This document shows, one piece after another, positions 34,998 to 44,072 of a DNA stretch of 64,000 nucleotides (the first letter of the stretch is position 1; the number at the start of each line of letters is the position of its first letter). The DNA comes from Candidatus Zixiibacteriota bacterium (GTDB taxonomy: Bacteria; Zixibacteria; MSB-5A5; GN15; FEB-12), in the NCBI GenBank assembly GCA_040752815.1, contig JBFMGC010000004.1:2551-66550 (forward strand), in the 5' to 3' direction. Made by a program: the position numbers and the translations under genes. Below the pieces are notes generated by a model. The model saw nothing but the letters and a program-made list of their open reading frames with translations. It searched no databases and had not been told where the DNA came from.

Positions 34998-36493
34998 CTC
35001 TTCTCAACCGCTCCTGACTTGACAAAGCCCATCCGGGCCAGCGCCGCGACAGCCTCGTCGGTATCGCTAAACGGGAGACGCTCACCCCTGACTTCCTGAT
35101 AGGTCTCGGCGCCTTTGCCGGCCAGCAGAACAGCCTCGTTCGGTCCGGCCAATCTTAGAATCGTCTCGATAGCGGCCCGGCGATCCACAATAACCTCGTA
35201 GTTGGTTTCCGTCAGCCCGGCGGTGATGTCTTTTATTATCGCTTCCGGATCTTCAGAACGGGGATTGTCCGATGTGACCACCACATGAGTCGCATTCTCC
35301 ACCGCCGCCCTGGCCATCAGGGGCCGTTTGCCCCGGTCGCGATCGCCGCCGCAGCCGAACATCAGGTACAGTCGACCGGAGTTTATCTCACGCACCGTTT
35401 CACACAACCGTTTGATAGCATCCGGCGTGTGAGCGTAATCTACATAGACGGCAAACGGCTGGCCGCAGTTGACCGTGTTCAGACGGCCGGGCACCGGCAC
35501 TGTGGCTTCAAGACCGGCGACCACGTTGTCGAGGTCGATGCCCGAGGCCAGTCCGCCCCCGGCTGCCGCGAGCGCATTCTGAAGATTGAACCGGCCGGGC
35601 AGTTGCAGCGTCACTGTTCGGGCGCCCATAGGGGTAACCAGATCGAAAATCGTCTGATCCGGTTTCAGTTCATAATCGCCGCAGCGAATGTCGGCCTTGC
35701 GGTCTCGGAGCGCGTAGGTCATGTGCGAGCATTGCAGCTCGCCGAAAAGCGGGCGCCACTCATCCACATCGAGATTAATCACCGCGTAGCTCAATTCTCC
35801 CCTGAGGCGGCGCACCAGGCGATACTTGGCCTCGGTGTAAGCTTCCATGGTCTGGTGGAAGTCAAGGTGATCGCGAGTCAGGTTGGTGTATACCGCGACT
35901 CGGAAGTCGACATGATCGACACGGTTCAATACGAGAGCGTGCGACGAAACCTCCATGACGACATTAACACAGCGGTTCCGCTTCATCAGGAAGAGCAGCC
36001 GCTGGATGTCGAGCGATTCGGGCGTGGTGCGCTCGGCGACGAACTTATCTTTCCCGGTGTCGTACACCAGCGAACAGATGAGACCGGCGGTCTTGTTGCG
36101 TGCCAGCATCATGTTCCATATCATGAAGCAGGTTGTCGTCTTGCCGTTGGTGCCCGTCACGCCGCACGCTTTGATCTTCATTCCGGGATATCCGTAGAAA
36201 GCCGCGGCTGTAGTCGCCATCGCCTGGCGAAGGTCCGGCACCTGAATGTGGTTGGCGATTTCGCTGCAGCTTTCGCGCTCGCCCATCACCGCAACCGCTC
36301 CGCGCTCTTGGGCGTCCTTCACAAAATCGTAGCCGTCGCGCTTGAACCCCTTGACCGCGAAAAAGAGCGAACCCGCCTTGATCAGCCGCGAGTCGTATTC
36401 GATCTGGGCGATCTCGACCGCTTCATCGCCGAGAAGTTTTGCGCCCGGGACATCGGCTATCAGCTGCGCGAGTTTGATGGCATCCTCCGACAT
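34994..36493 (-). CDS. murE: UDP-N-acetylmuramoyl-L-alanyl-D-glutamate--2,6-diaminopimelate ligase
   Basis: VTGTNGKTTT. DNPR motif (TSDNPRSEDP), typical of meso-DAP-adding MurE. Confidence 0.94.
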   Translation of the reverse strand: MSEDAIKLAQLIADVPGAKLLGDEAVEIAQIEYDSRLIKAGSLFFAVKGFKRDGYDFVKDAQERGAVAVMGERESCSEIANHIQVPDLRQAMATTAAAFYGYPGMKIKACGVTGTNGKTTTCFMIWNMMLARNKTAGLICSLVYDTGKDKFVAERTTPESLDIQRLLFLMKRNRCVNVVMEVSSHALVLNRVDHVDFRVAVYTNLTRDHLDFHQTMEAYTEAKYRLVRRLRGELSYAVINLDVDEWRPLFGELQCSHMTYALRDRKADIRCGDYELKPDQTIFDLVTPMGARTVTLQLPGRFNLQNALAAAGGGLASGIDLDNVVAGLEATVPVPGRLNTVNCGQPFAVYVDYAHTPDAIKRLCETVREINSGRLYLMFGCGGDRDRGKRPLMARAAVENATHVVVTSDNPRSEDPEAIIKDITAGLTETNYEVIVDRRAAIETILRLAGPNEAVLLAGKGAETYQEVRGERLPFSDTDEAVAALARMGFVKSGAVEKR

Positions 36494-38571
36494 CAGCTTG
36501 GCTCACACACGAGCCGGCAGTTCAAGGTGTCGGTGATCGGCTCGCCCGGCGGGACCGATTGCTCGGTCACACGGCCGGAGCCGACTATCGTATAAGTGAT
36601 ACCGGCAAAGTCGAGAAAAGCCGATGCCCTCCGGATGCTCTCTCCCCGAAGGTCGATCATGGTTGGCCGCGTCCTACCGGCCGGCACAACCGCGACCACC
36701 ACCTCATCGGTGACAAGGATTGCGCGGTCGGGCGCCGGGTACTGCCAGACCACTACACCGCTAAGGCTGTCAGATCGAAGATTGACCCCGCGCTGTTCCG
36801 CGAGCATCCGCGCCTGATAGATATCGCGCCCGACAAAGTCCGGCACTTCGACCGTGAGCATTACCGGTTCTTTCCGCTGGCCGCAGACTCGTTCGGTGGC
36901 GGCAAACTGATCGGGATGCGAGACGGTGTACCGTTCGGCGATATGCCGAAACGCTTTCCCTGCGGTGTATCCGCCGTATGTCATGGGGCGCGGGTCCTTT
37001 AGGGCAACAATGCCCGCCACGATCGGCGCCTCGGCCGGGAAGAAACCGCAGAAGCTCGCCATGAAACGATTCTTGTGATAGCCGCCCTGTTCGAGATTGG
37101 GCAGCTCCGCAGTGCCGGTCTTGCCGGCTATGTTCACGAACTCGGAATTGACCGGTTTGCCGGTACCGTTTTCAACAACACCGCGCAGGAAAGCACGGAG
37201 AGTATCCGCGGACACGGCGTTCAGGGGATGATTTACGACTTTGGGTTCGCCGACACGACTCACATAACCATCGTCGTCGACATATCCCAACACCAGTTTC
37301 GGTTCGAGCAACTGTCCGCCGTTGGCAATTGCGGCCATGGCGTTGGCCATCTGCAGGCATGTGGTGGCCACAGAGTGCCCCATCGCCAAAGCAGCCACAT
37401 TGTAATCGGACCAAACCTGGGGAGGACGCAGCGAACCTCTCGTCTCACCGGGGAAACTGAGGCCAGTGCGACTGCCGAACCCGAACCGGCGGTAAGTATC
37501 GATTAGCGCGGGACCTTCAACCAGTTGCGCGGACTTGCCCAGGCCTATATTGCTTGAAAGTTCAATAATCTGGCGGAAGTTCAGCCAGCCGTGCTTCTTG
37601 TCGTCGGCGAGGGTGCGCCGACCAACACGCCACAGGCCATTCTCGCAGTACGTGGTCTGATAGAAATTGATAACGCCGGCATCGAGCAGCGCCGCCGCCG
37701 TAAATGGTTTGTACGCTGATCCCGGTTCGAACTGATCCGAAATCGGATACAGCTTGGTCGGGTGCTCCGGATCTTTCTCGGCCGGGTCAAAATGCGCCAT
37801 GGCGAGTATTTCGCCGGTGCGACAATCGAGAAAGGCGGCCATCCCCAGTGTGGCGTGGAACGAATCCACCGCCGCTGCCAGCTCCTGTTCGACAATTTCC
37901 TGGAGCTGCCAGTCGACAGTCAGCACCACCGACTGCCCGGCGATCGGTTTGACCAGCGCTTGCTCGCGGATCGTATAGGTCTCACGCCTGCCGTCGCGGT
38001 TGAAATCGGCGTAGCCGCTGGTTCCGGACAAAAGTGAATCGCGCAACAGCTCGAATCCGGAGAGACCCTCGTTATCGATATTGGTGTAGCCCAGGATTTG
38101 CCGTCCGACCAGCGCGTACGGGTATTGACGGGCAAGATCCGCACGAAGATAGAGCCCCGGTGGAGCTTCCTTTTCGATTCGCTGCGCCAACCGCTCATCG
38201 AGCCTCCGATCAATCCACCGGAATTTGTTTACCTCGAGTTTGTATTTGCGAACGGCGTCTCCGGATCGAAGGCGGAAGATCTTTTCGAGATAGGCCGCTG
38301 CATCGGACAGATCTTTCCTGGATTGCGGGTGCGCGTAGAGCGCCTGGCGGCTGACATTCTTGGCCACCACCCGGCCATAACGATCATAGATCATTCCCCG
38401 CTCGGCCGGGATCGGTACCCGCCCGGTGGACTGCTTCTCTACAATCGACTTGTATTGCTCCGCATCGACAATCTGGAACTGCGCCAGTCGCGCGATTGCG
38501 ACCCCAAGGAACAGCATCACGGCAACCAGCATCAGACCGAGCCGGATCCGTTCCATGCGGGTGCGGTTCAT
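36493..38571 (-). CDS. ftsI: peptidoglycan D,D-transpeptidase FtsI (class B PBP) with two C-terminal PASTA-like repeats
   Basis: SxxK (GSAYKPF), SxN (LSSNIG), KTG (GKTGTA). The C-terminal ~125 aa contain two repeats of PASTA pattern (VEVPDFVGRDIYQARMLAEQRGV...; MIDLRGESIRRASAFLDFAGITY...). Confidence 0.92.
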   Translation of the reverse strand: MNRTRMERIRLGLMLVAVMLFLGVAIARLAQFQIVDAEQYKSIVEKQSTGRVPIPAERGMIYDRYGRVVAKNVSRQALYAHPQSRKDLSDAAAYLEKIFRLRSGDAVRKYKLEVNKFRWIDRRLDERLAQRIEKEAPPGLYLRADLARQYPYALVGRQILGYTNIDNEGLSGFELLRDSLLSGTSGYADFNRDGRRETYTIREQALVKPIAGQSVVLTVDWQLQEIVEQELAAAVDSFHATLGMAAFLDCRTGEILAMAHFDPAEKDPEHPTKLYPISDQFEPGSAYKPFTAAALLDAGVINFYQTTYCENGLWRVGRRTLADDKKHGWLNFRQIIELSSNIGLGKSAQLVEGPALIDTYRRFGFGSRTGLSFPGETRGSLRPPQVWSDYNVAALAMGHSVATTCLQMANAMAAIANGGQLLEPKLVLGYVDDDGYVSRVGEPKVVNHPLNAVSADTLRAFLRGVVENGTGKPVNSEFVNIAGKTGTAELPNLEQGGYHKNRFMASFCGFFPAEAPIVAGIVALKDPRPMTYGGYTAGKAFRHIAERYTVSHPDQFAATERVCGQRKEPVMLTVEVPDFVGRDIYQARMLAEQRGVNLRSDSLSGVVVWQYPAPDRAILVTDEVVVAVVPAGRTRPTMIDLRGESIRRASAFLDFAGITYTIVGSGRVTEQSVPPGEPITDTLNCRLVCEPS

Positions 38572-39068
38572 TCCCCTGCCCCCTCGTATGCCACAGTGTC
38601 GAACTTAATCGGCTCCAGCTCCTGGGCGGCGGCACGGGCCTCGGTTCGTTCGGGGAGGTAATCGGCCATCCGCCTGATCGATGAGACCAGCGCCGCAAAA
38701 GCGTCCTGCGACTCCGCCATCTCTATATCGACAGGCGTCATCGTATACAGCCCGTTCGGGGACGGCCGTTGGAGACCGAGGGTATCGGACGCAAACCGCT
38801 CTATGCGGGTAGCCATCGAGAGCGCCGCGATCTCGGTCTGAATCTTGTGGGCGTCGTCCACCAGGCCCCGGTTTTCCTTCTCCAGGGCGGCGACTTCCTT
38901 TACCAGTGACAGCACCACCACCCGCTGCCAGACATGAATGCAGGCAGCGCCGGTAATCAAAAGGGCCATGACCGCGATCGGGAAGTACCGGTGGGTACGA
39001 AGGCGATTGAAAAGCAGGGATCGGATTTCGACCGTCTCTTTGTACTTGCGAAGCGAGCGCGCTTTCAC
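38568..39068 (-). CDS. ftsL: cell division protein FtsL-like
   Basis: Position between rsmH and ftsI. Single TM segment (FPIAVMALLITGAACIHVW) followed by a coiled coil. Confidence 0.75.
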   Translation of the reverse strand: MKARSLRKYKETVEIRSLLFNRLRTHRYFPIAVMALLITGAACIHVWQRVVVLSLVKEVAALEKENRGLVDDAHKIQTEIAALSMATRIERFASDTLGLQRPSPNGLYTMTPVDIEMAESQDAFAALVSSIRRMADYLPERTEARAAAQELEPIKFDTVAYEGAGE

Positions 39069-40015
39069 GCGAGTTTCTCCGCGACTCTGAGACGGGCCGA
39101 TCGCGCCCTCGGGTTGGACGCTACTTCAGTCTCGGACGGTGTTAGCGGGCGGCGCGTGATGATCTTGAGCGACGGTGCGGCGCCGCATTCACAGCGAGAC
39201 AACTGCGGTGGACAGGTGCAAACACCTCTGCCCTGCTCCTGGAAGAACCTCTTGACGATTCGGTCTTCGAGAGAGTGGTATGAGATTACTGCCAGTCGAC
39301 TGGATGACTTCAATAAGGAGAGAGCGGCGGGCAGGACACGGCTCAATTGGTCCAGTTCCCGATTAACCGCAACACGCAAAGCCTGGAATACCCGAGCCAG
39401 GGCTTTGGTCTGGTGCGGGGGGCTGACTACCGATGTAACGATGTCCTTGAGCTGTGCGGTGGTGAGGATCATCCCTCTTTGTCTTTCCCTGACAATAGCT
39501 CCAGCAATCCTTGCTGCCAGCCGCTCTTCTCCAAAATCCTTCAGTATCTTCTTGAGTTCGCTCTGCTTGAGACTGTTGACCAGGTCCGCTGCCGTGGCAC
39601 CAGTGCCGGGATCGAAACGCATGTCCAGCGGTCCGTCGAAACGGAATGAGATGCCCCGCGAAGGGTCATCGAGCTGGTACGACGAGATACCCAGGTCGAG
39701 CAGGATGCCATCGAAACGGTCCTCTTTCAGGTTCCTGACAGCCCGGTCGATATCGCCGAACGGAGTGCGGATAACGCCCTGAAACTGTACAATCCCATGC
39801 AGGGTCCGCTCGGTGCGTGCTACCGCTTCCGGGTCGACATCGGCTCCGTATAGTCTGGCTGACGGATCGAGGTGGGCGGCCAGGGCAAGTAGATGGCCTC
39901 CGCCTCCTGCGGTCAGATCGAGGTACGCGCCTTTAGCATTTGTAATCAGCAGCTCGGCCACCCGCTCAGCCATCACCGGCTGATGGTGGCCGCCTTCAAG
40001 CCTCCGACCCGCCAT
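39065..40015 (-). CDS. rsmH: 16S rRNA (cytosine1402-N4)-methyltransferase
   Basis: HQPVMAERVAELL, DLTAGGGGH, DLGISSYQLD, ISYHSLEDR. ATG at 40015. The ORF-track extension to 40120 lies inside mraZ. Confidence 0.93.
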   Translation of the reverse strand: MAGRRLEGGHHQPVMAERVAELLITNAKGAYLDLTAGGGGHLLALAAHLDPSARLYGADVDPEAVARTERTLHGIVQFQGVIRTPFGDIDRAVRNLKEDRFDGILLDLGISSYQLDDPSRGISFRFDGPLDMRFDPGTGATAADLVNSLKQSELKKILKDFGEERLAARIAGAIVRERQRGMILTTAQLKDIVTSVVSPPHQTKALARVFQALRVAVNRELDQLSRVLPAALSLLKSSSRLAVISYHSLEDRIVKRFFQEQGRGVCTCPPQLSRCECGAAPSLKIITRRPLTPSETEVASNPRARSARLRVAEKLA

Positions 40016-40469
40016 TTCCGGAAAACAGTCTGGCAGCCACGTCCTCGTAACTGCCGGCGAATTTCTCCATGTAATACTTGAGCAGTTGCGGATTCCAGAT
40101 CTCGATCCAGCGGTTGACACCGAGCACCGCGAGTTCCTTCTGAAGGTCGGCCTCGGCCACCAGATGCGCCGGAATCAGAATGCGGCCATTCTTATCCGCG
40201 TTGACCGGCGCCGCAAAGGAATAAAAACGGCGACTGAATGAGCGGTACGCAGGATCGGTAAACTCGAGCGATGACATCCGTACCTGGATGGCGTCCCACT
40301 CCGCTGCAGGATATACCGCCAGACAACCCTCGAGACCTTTGGTGAGGAAGATGTCCCCAGCCAGCAGAGGCTTTCCGGAATCGTCGACGACAGAACGAAG
40401 CTTGGCCGGCAGAATGCATCGGCCTTTTTCATCAATCGTCGTTGAATACCGTCCGAAAAACCCGGTCAA
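39996..40469 (-). CDS. mraZ: transcriptional regulator MraZ
   Basis: Two SpoVT/AbrB-like repeats (TIDEKGRCILPAKLR; NADKNGRILIPAHL). TTG at 40469 is preceded by GGAGG with a 5-nt spacer. The ORF-track GTG at 40481 has no RBS, so the start is uncertain by 12 nt. Confidence 0.9.
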   Translation of the reverse strand: MTGFFGRYSTTIDEKGRCILPAKLRSVVDDSGKPLLAGDIFLTKGLEGCLAVYPAAEWDAIQVRMSSLEFTDPAYRSFSRRFYSFAAPVNADKNGRILIPAHLVAEADLQKELAVLGVNRWIEIWNPQLLKYYMEKFAGSYEDVAARLFSGNGGSEA

Positions 40470-40511
40470 GCGATCCTCCACTTAATACCACAGCTGCCCA
40501 AAACTTGCCTG

Positions 40512-40540
40512 AATAATCACTTTTCACCCACCCGAGTCAA
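40512..40540 (-). promoter_or_regulatory. candidate dcw (Pmra-like) promoter
   Basis: The minus strand reads TTGACT (40540-40535), a 17-nt spacer, then ATTATT (40517-40512). The spacer contains GGGTGGGTGAAAAGTG, i.e. GTGGG/AAGTG-type boxes. Confidence 0.4.
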
Positions 40541-40873
40541 GAAGTTTTTTGAAGAATCTGCGGCCATTAAGTTGAAATCACACAAGAAGTAATGGGGGAT
40601 GATTTTATTCCGGATCCCAACCGCAACGGACTCAGATAATAACAGTACTCCCCACTTCCGCTACCGACTCGATGATTTCTGGGGTAAGGAACCGCCGAGT
40701 ATGGGGTTACTCCCGGCTAGTTTGCTCGATCCGAATGACCGGGCAAGTTGGTTCGACATAGAACCAGCCCCAGTAACGACCTGCATACCAATGCGTTAGC
40801 GCAATTCAGGAACATAGAGGGTCAACCAAACCGCCGTCGCACCTGGATTGCGCATATCCAATGGGGATTCAGT

Positions 40874-43201
40874 ATGAAACCACTCGGCCGCTTGACATAC
40901 ACAGTAGTCAGCGTTCTTGCTGCCTCACTTAGCGCAATCATGCCTGCTGCTGTGTCGGCCAGCTCCGTGGAATTCGATGTGAACCGGGTGACCGTTTCAC
41001 AGGGGGACGTCACTGTGGTAAGTTATCCGCTGGATGAAACGATTTCAGTTGGCTCGGGATTGATTCTTCCCGCGCATTCCTGTCTTATCCCTCTCGCCAC
41101 GCACGAGGAGTTCGCCTCAATACGAATGGACAGAGACGATTCGGTCGATCTGGGAATCTCACTGGCGAATCATCATCGTCTTGACTACACCACATCATCC
41201 GAGAATGAGTACACCGCCATGGAAATCGCACACAATGCTGCCGACGGTATCGGAACGCGACCGATGGAGGTGCTCGGTACCGTAATGAGTGCCGACGGTC
41301 TCTATGCCGAGGTCCTGTTATTCCCGGTTACGGTGGATGCAAGTGGGAGGCTATGGTTTCATCGGGCGATCGATATCGCTATAGGCGCTCGAATCATAGC
41401 CCCAGACAGTATGGTGTCGCGCCGGACGATTATGCAGGACGTTCGAAGCCAGGGCCTATCGAGCGCTATGTCCGGAGAGTCGGACTATCTGATCGTCACC
41501 TCCTCTGCGCTCGCCGATGCCATGCAGCCGCTAATCGGTTACCGCATTGAAACCGGATACCGGGCGGCGCTCGAGACGATTGAGAACATCCGCTCGCGGT
41601 ATTTCGGGCGGGATGCCGCGGAGCAGCTGCGCAATCGGTTGATAGATTTCCATTCGACCGGCGGACGGTATGTGCTTCTGGCCGGAGACGAAACGGTTCT
41701 GCCGGTGCGCCATGCGTATCATGGGACCGCGTACTCTCCGGTACCGCTCGATCAACTCCAGGTTTGCGATCTCTACTTTGCCGACGTCAACGGCGAATGG
41801 GACGCCGACGGCGACGGTGTCTGGGGCGAGAAGTACGGCGACTCTCCCGACCTGGTGCCGGAGCTTCTGGTGGGCCGGCTGCCCGTCAGCAGTTCTGTTG
41901 ATGCTGCTAATTATATCGCGAAGTTGATTCAATACGAAACCGATCCCGGCGCGGGCGACCGCGAGTACCTCGAGCGGGCGCTGTTTTTCTCGTCGGATCA
42001 GATGCGCGACTTCGGCGACCGCGGTCAACACGGTGAAATCGCGAGCGCCTTTCCGGACCGGTTTGTCATCGATACCGCTTCAGCGGTGGAGTTGGTCACC
42101 GGTGATGACGCCAATCCCACCAACCTCGCCCCAAACGAACTGGCGCCGATCATCCGCAGCGGGATGGGGATAATCAACGTAATCGCGCATGGGCGGAGCG
42201 ATGGCTTTGTGCTCAAATCGTCCGGTTACAACGAATGGCCGAAGACTTACGTGCTTGCCGACAGCGGCGGTTCCGGACATGCAGCGCTTTCGATGTTCTC
42301 GGCTAATGAAAGGCCCACTTTCTATTATTCCCTTGCCTGCAACAACGGTGGTTTCGATCTGGACCAGCCGCCGCTGAATCAGGCGGCTCCGTGCGTTGCC
42401 GAGGAGCTGATTGTCGACCGCGGTGGCGCGGTTGGTGTAGTCGCCTATTCGCGCTGGGGGTGGATTGGGTCAAGCTACCTTCTGCAGGCGGCGTTTTTCG
42501 ATTCGCTCTTTGCCCACCCGGAACGGACCGCAGTCGAAGCGCTGTACGCATCGAAAGCGAACATGTACTATTATCGCGACCTGGTTTACGGCCTGAACTT
42601 CTTCGGCGATCCCGCCCTGAAGATTTATACGCGGCGACCGGAGAAACCCACCATCAGCTTCACCGACGAGCCGGCCGGGCTCGGTGTGGCGGTAGAAACC
42701 GGTTCGCCCGCCGTAGGCTGTCGCCTGGTACTCACCGAAGAGGGCGAAGAGTTGGCGGAATATGTCACTGACGCGGCAGGGCGCACCGTCGTCGATTATC
42801 CGATGCAAAGCACCAGCGTCTATCGGCTGACGGCACTGGTCAGCGGCGCCTGTGTCACCCAGGAGGACTTCATTCCGTCGCTAGTGACCGGAGTCCATGA
42901 TGACCCTGGCGGTTGGTTGCCCTCCCGATTTGCACTTCATCAGAACTATCCAAACCCGTTCAACCCGAGCACAATGATCGAGTTCGAGTTGCCCAGTGCC
43001 GACCCGGTACACCTGACCGTCTACAACGTGCTCGGCCAAGTAGTAAAGACACTCGCCGAGGGCAACTTCGAAACAGGCCGGCATACTGTCGTCTGGGATG
43101 GAACCGAAGCAGATGGGCGGCCGGTCGCCAGCGGTGTCTACTTCTATCGTCTGCAGGCGGGAGCAGCCACCGCGGTCAGGAAGATGATCCTCGTCCGGTG
43201 A
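40874..43201 (+). CDS. gingipain-like cysteine peptidase (family C25) with T9SS C-terminal sorting domain
   Basis: Signal peptide MKPLGRLTYTVVSVLAASLSAIMPAAVSA. C25 hallmarks DYLIVTSSALADAMQPL, YVLLAGDETVLPV, LLVGRLPV, catalytic-type INVIAHGRSDG and YYSLACNNGGF. C-terminus ...YPNPFNPSTMIEFELP...ASGVYFYRLQAG...KMILVR. Confidence 0.85.
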   Translation: MKPLGRLTYTVVSVLAASLSAIMPAAVSASSVEFDVNRVTVSQGDVTVVSYPLDETISVGSGLILPAHSCLIPLATHEEFASIRMDRDDSVDLGISLANHHRLDYTTSSENEYTAMEIAHNAADGIGTRPMEVLGTVMSADGLYAEVLLFPVTVDASGRLWFHRAIDIAIGARIIAPDSMVSRRTIMQDVRSQGLSSAMSGESDYLIVTSSALADAMQPLIGYRIETGYRAALETIENIRSRYFGRDAAEQLRNRLIDFHSTGGRYVLLAGDETVLPVRHAYHGTAYSPVPLDQLQVCDLYFADVNGEWDADGDGVWGEKYGDSPDLVPELLVGRLPVSSSVDAANYIAKLIQYETDPGAGDREYLERALFFSSDQMRDFGDRGQHGEIASAFPDRFVIDTASAVELVTGDDANPTNLAPNELAPIIRSGMGIINVIAHGRSDGFVLKSSGYNEWPKTYVLADSGGSGHAALSMFSANERPTFYYSLACNNGGFDLDQPPLNQAAPCVAEELIVDRGGAVGVVAYSRWGWIGSSYLLQAAFFDSLFAHPERTAVEALYASKANMYYYRDLVYGLNFFGDPALKIYTRRPEKPTISFTDEPAGLGVAVETGSPAVGCRLVLTEEGEELAEYVTDAAGRTVVDYPMQSTSVYRLTALVSGACVTQEDFIPSLVTGVHDDPGGWLPSRFALHQNYPNPFNPSTMIEFELPSADPVHLTVYNVLGQVVKTLAEGNFETGRHTVVWDGTEADGRPVASGVYFYRLQAGAATAVRKMILVR

Positions 43202-44072
43202 GCTGACGTCGCGCAAAGCCGACCGCCAGCGAAATCCCGAGGCCGACCATAAGCAAAAGCCCGCACAGCCATAGAAGCGGGAATTCGTACCACCTGGCGT
43301 ACTTCCTGAGATAACGGTACATCGACGTGTGCGAGATGATCTTCATGCGGTAGGGGCGCAGGCTGGTCGACGCGCCCACATGATGTTCGACTGTCGCCTT
43401 CGGATAATAAAGCAGCCGGTACCCCGCCAGTTTCAGGCGATGGCAATAGTCGACATCGTTAAAGAGAATGGGAAACGACTCGTCCAGGTAACCTACCTCC
43501 TCGACCACCGTCCTCGGCAGCAGCATCACGGCGCCCATCGGCTGGTCGACATACATTTCGCCCTTGTGGTCGAACCAGCCCATACGCCAGTGCGAGAACT
43601 CCCGGTGATGCGGAAAGAGCCGATCCAGCAGGAGAGCCCGGTAGATGACGTGGCGATACGTTGGTAGCGCGCGAGCCGATTTGTGCGGGCGGCCGTCAAA
43701 GTAGACATACCCCGGCCCGATCATGCCGAGCGCGGGTTCGCTCGTCAGCCGTTCAAGAAGGGCCCTGGTGGCTCCCGGGGGGAAGCGAAGATCCTGATTC
43801 AGGATGTACAGGAACGCACCTCTCGCCCGGTTCAGGCCGATATTTGCCGCGCGGGCGAAGCCCAGATTGGCGCTGTTTTCCACAAGCTGTGCGCCCGGAT
43901 AGTTCTCCCTGATGAACTCTACCGAGCCGTCACTAGATCCATTGTCAACGAGAAGTAACTCATACGATGTAAAGGCAAGGTTGTCGGTGAGCGTGCGCAT
44001 CAGGTCGGGCAGAAAAGCACGGCCGTTAAAGACGATGACAATAGCAGAGATTTCTGGTGTCTGGTCGGTCAT
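43176..44072 (-). CDS. family-2 glycosyltransferase
   Basis: ISAIVIVFNGRAFL...LLLVDNGSSDGS...NLGFARAANIG...LNQD (GT-A with DxD-like motif). Its 3' end overlaps the convergent C25 gene by 26 nt. Confidence 0.85.
   Translation of the reverse strand: MTDQTPEISAIVIVFNGRAFLPDLMRTLTDNLAFTSYELLLVDNGSSDGSVEFIRENYPGAQLVENSANLGFARAANIGLNRARGAFLYILNQDLRFPPGATRALLERLTSEPALGMIGPGYVYFDGRPHKSARALPTYRHVIYRALLLDRLFPHHREFSHWRMGWFDHKGEMYVDQPMGAVMLLPRTVVEEVGYLDESFPILFNDVDYCHRLKLAGYRLLYYPKATVEHHVGASTSLRPYRMKIISHTSMYRYLRKYARWYEFPLLWLCGLLLMVGLGISLAVGFARRQLTGRGSSS

Noticed and set aside
35285-36595. 436-aa plus-strand ORF. Similar long ORFs occur at 55942-57393, 54380-55360, 34173-35099, 32827-33747, 25918-26790, 24592-25479, 22568-23494, 14308-15267, 13368-14264 and 10659-11327.
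   Set aside because: All lie antisense to strongly conserved genes (murE, maeB, mraY, ftsA, ftsZ, serS, kinases, bEBP). They have Arg/Gly/Ala/Pro-rich low-complexity translations with no recognisable motifs. This is the usual stop-codon-poor antisense frame of GC-rich DNA.
40599-40799. 66-aa ORF in the mraZ / C25-peptidase divergent region.
   Set aside because: It has no RBS and no recognisable motif. It overlaps the 5' extension of the C25 ORF and lies where two promoters are expected.
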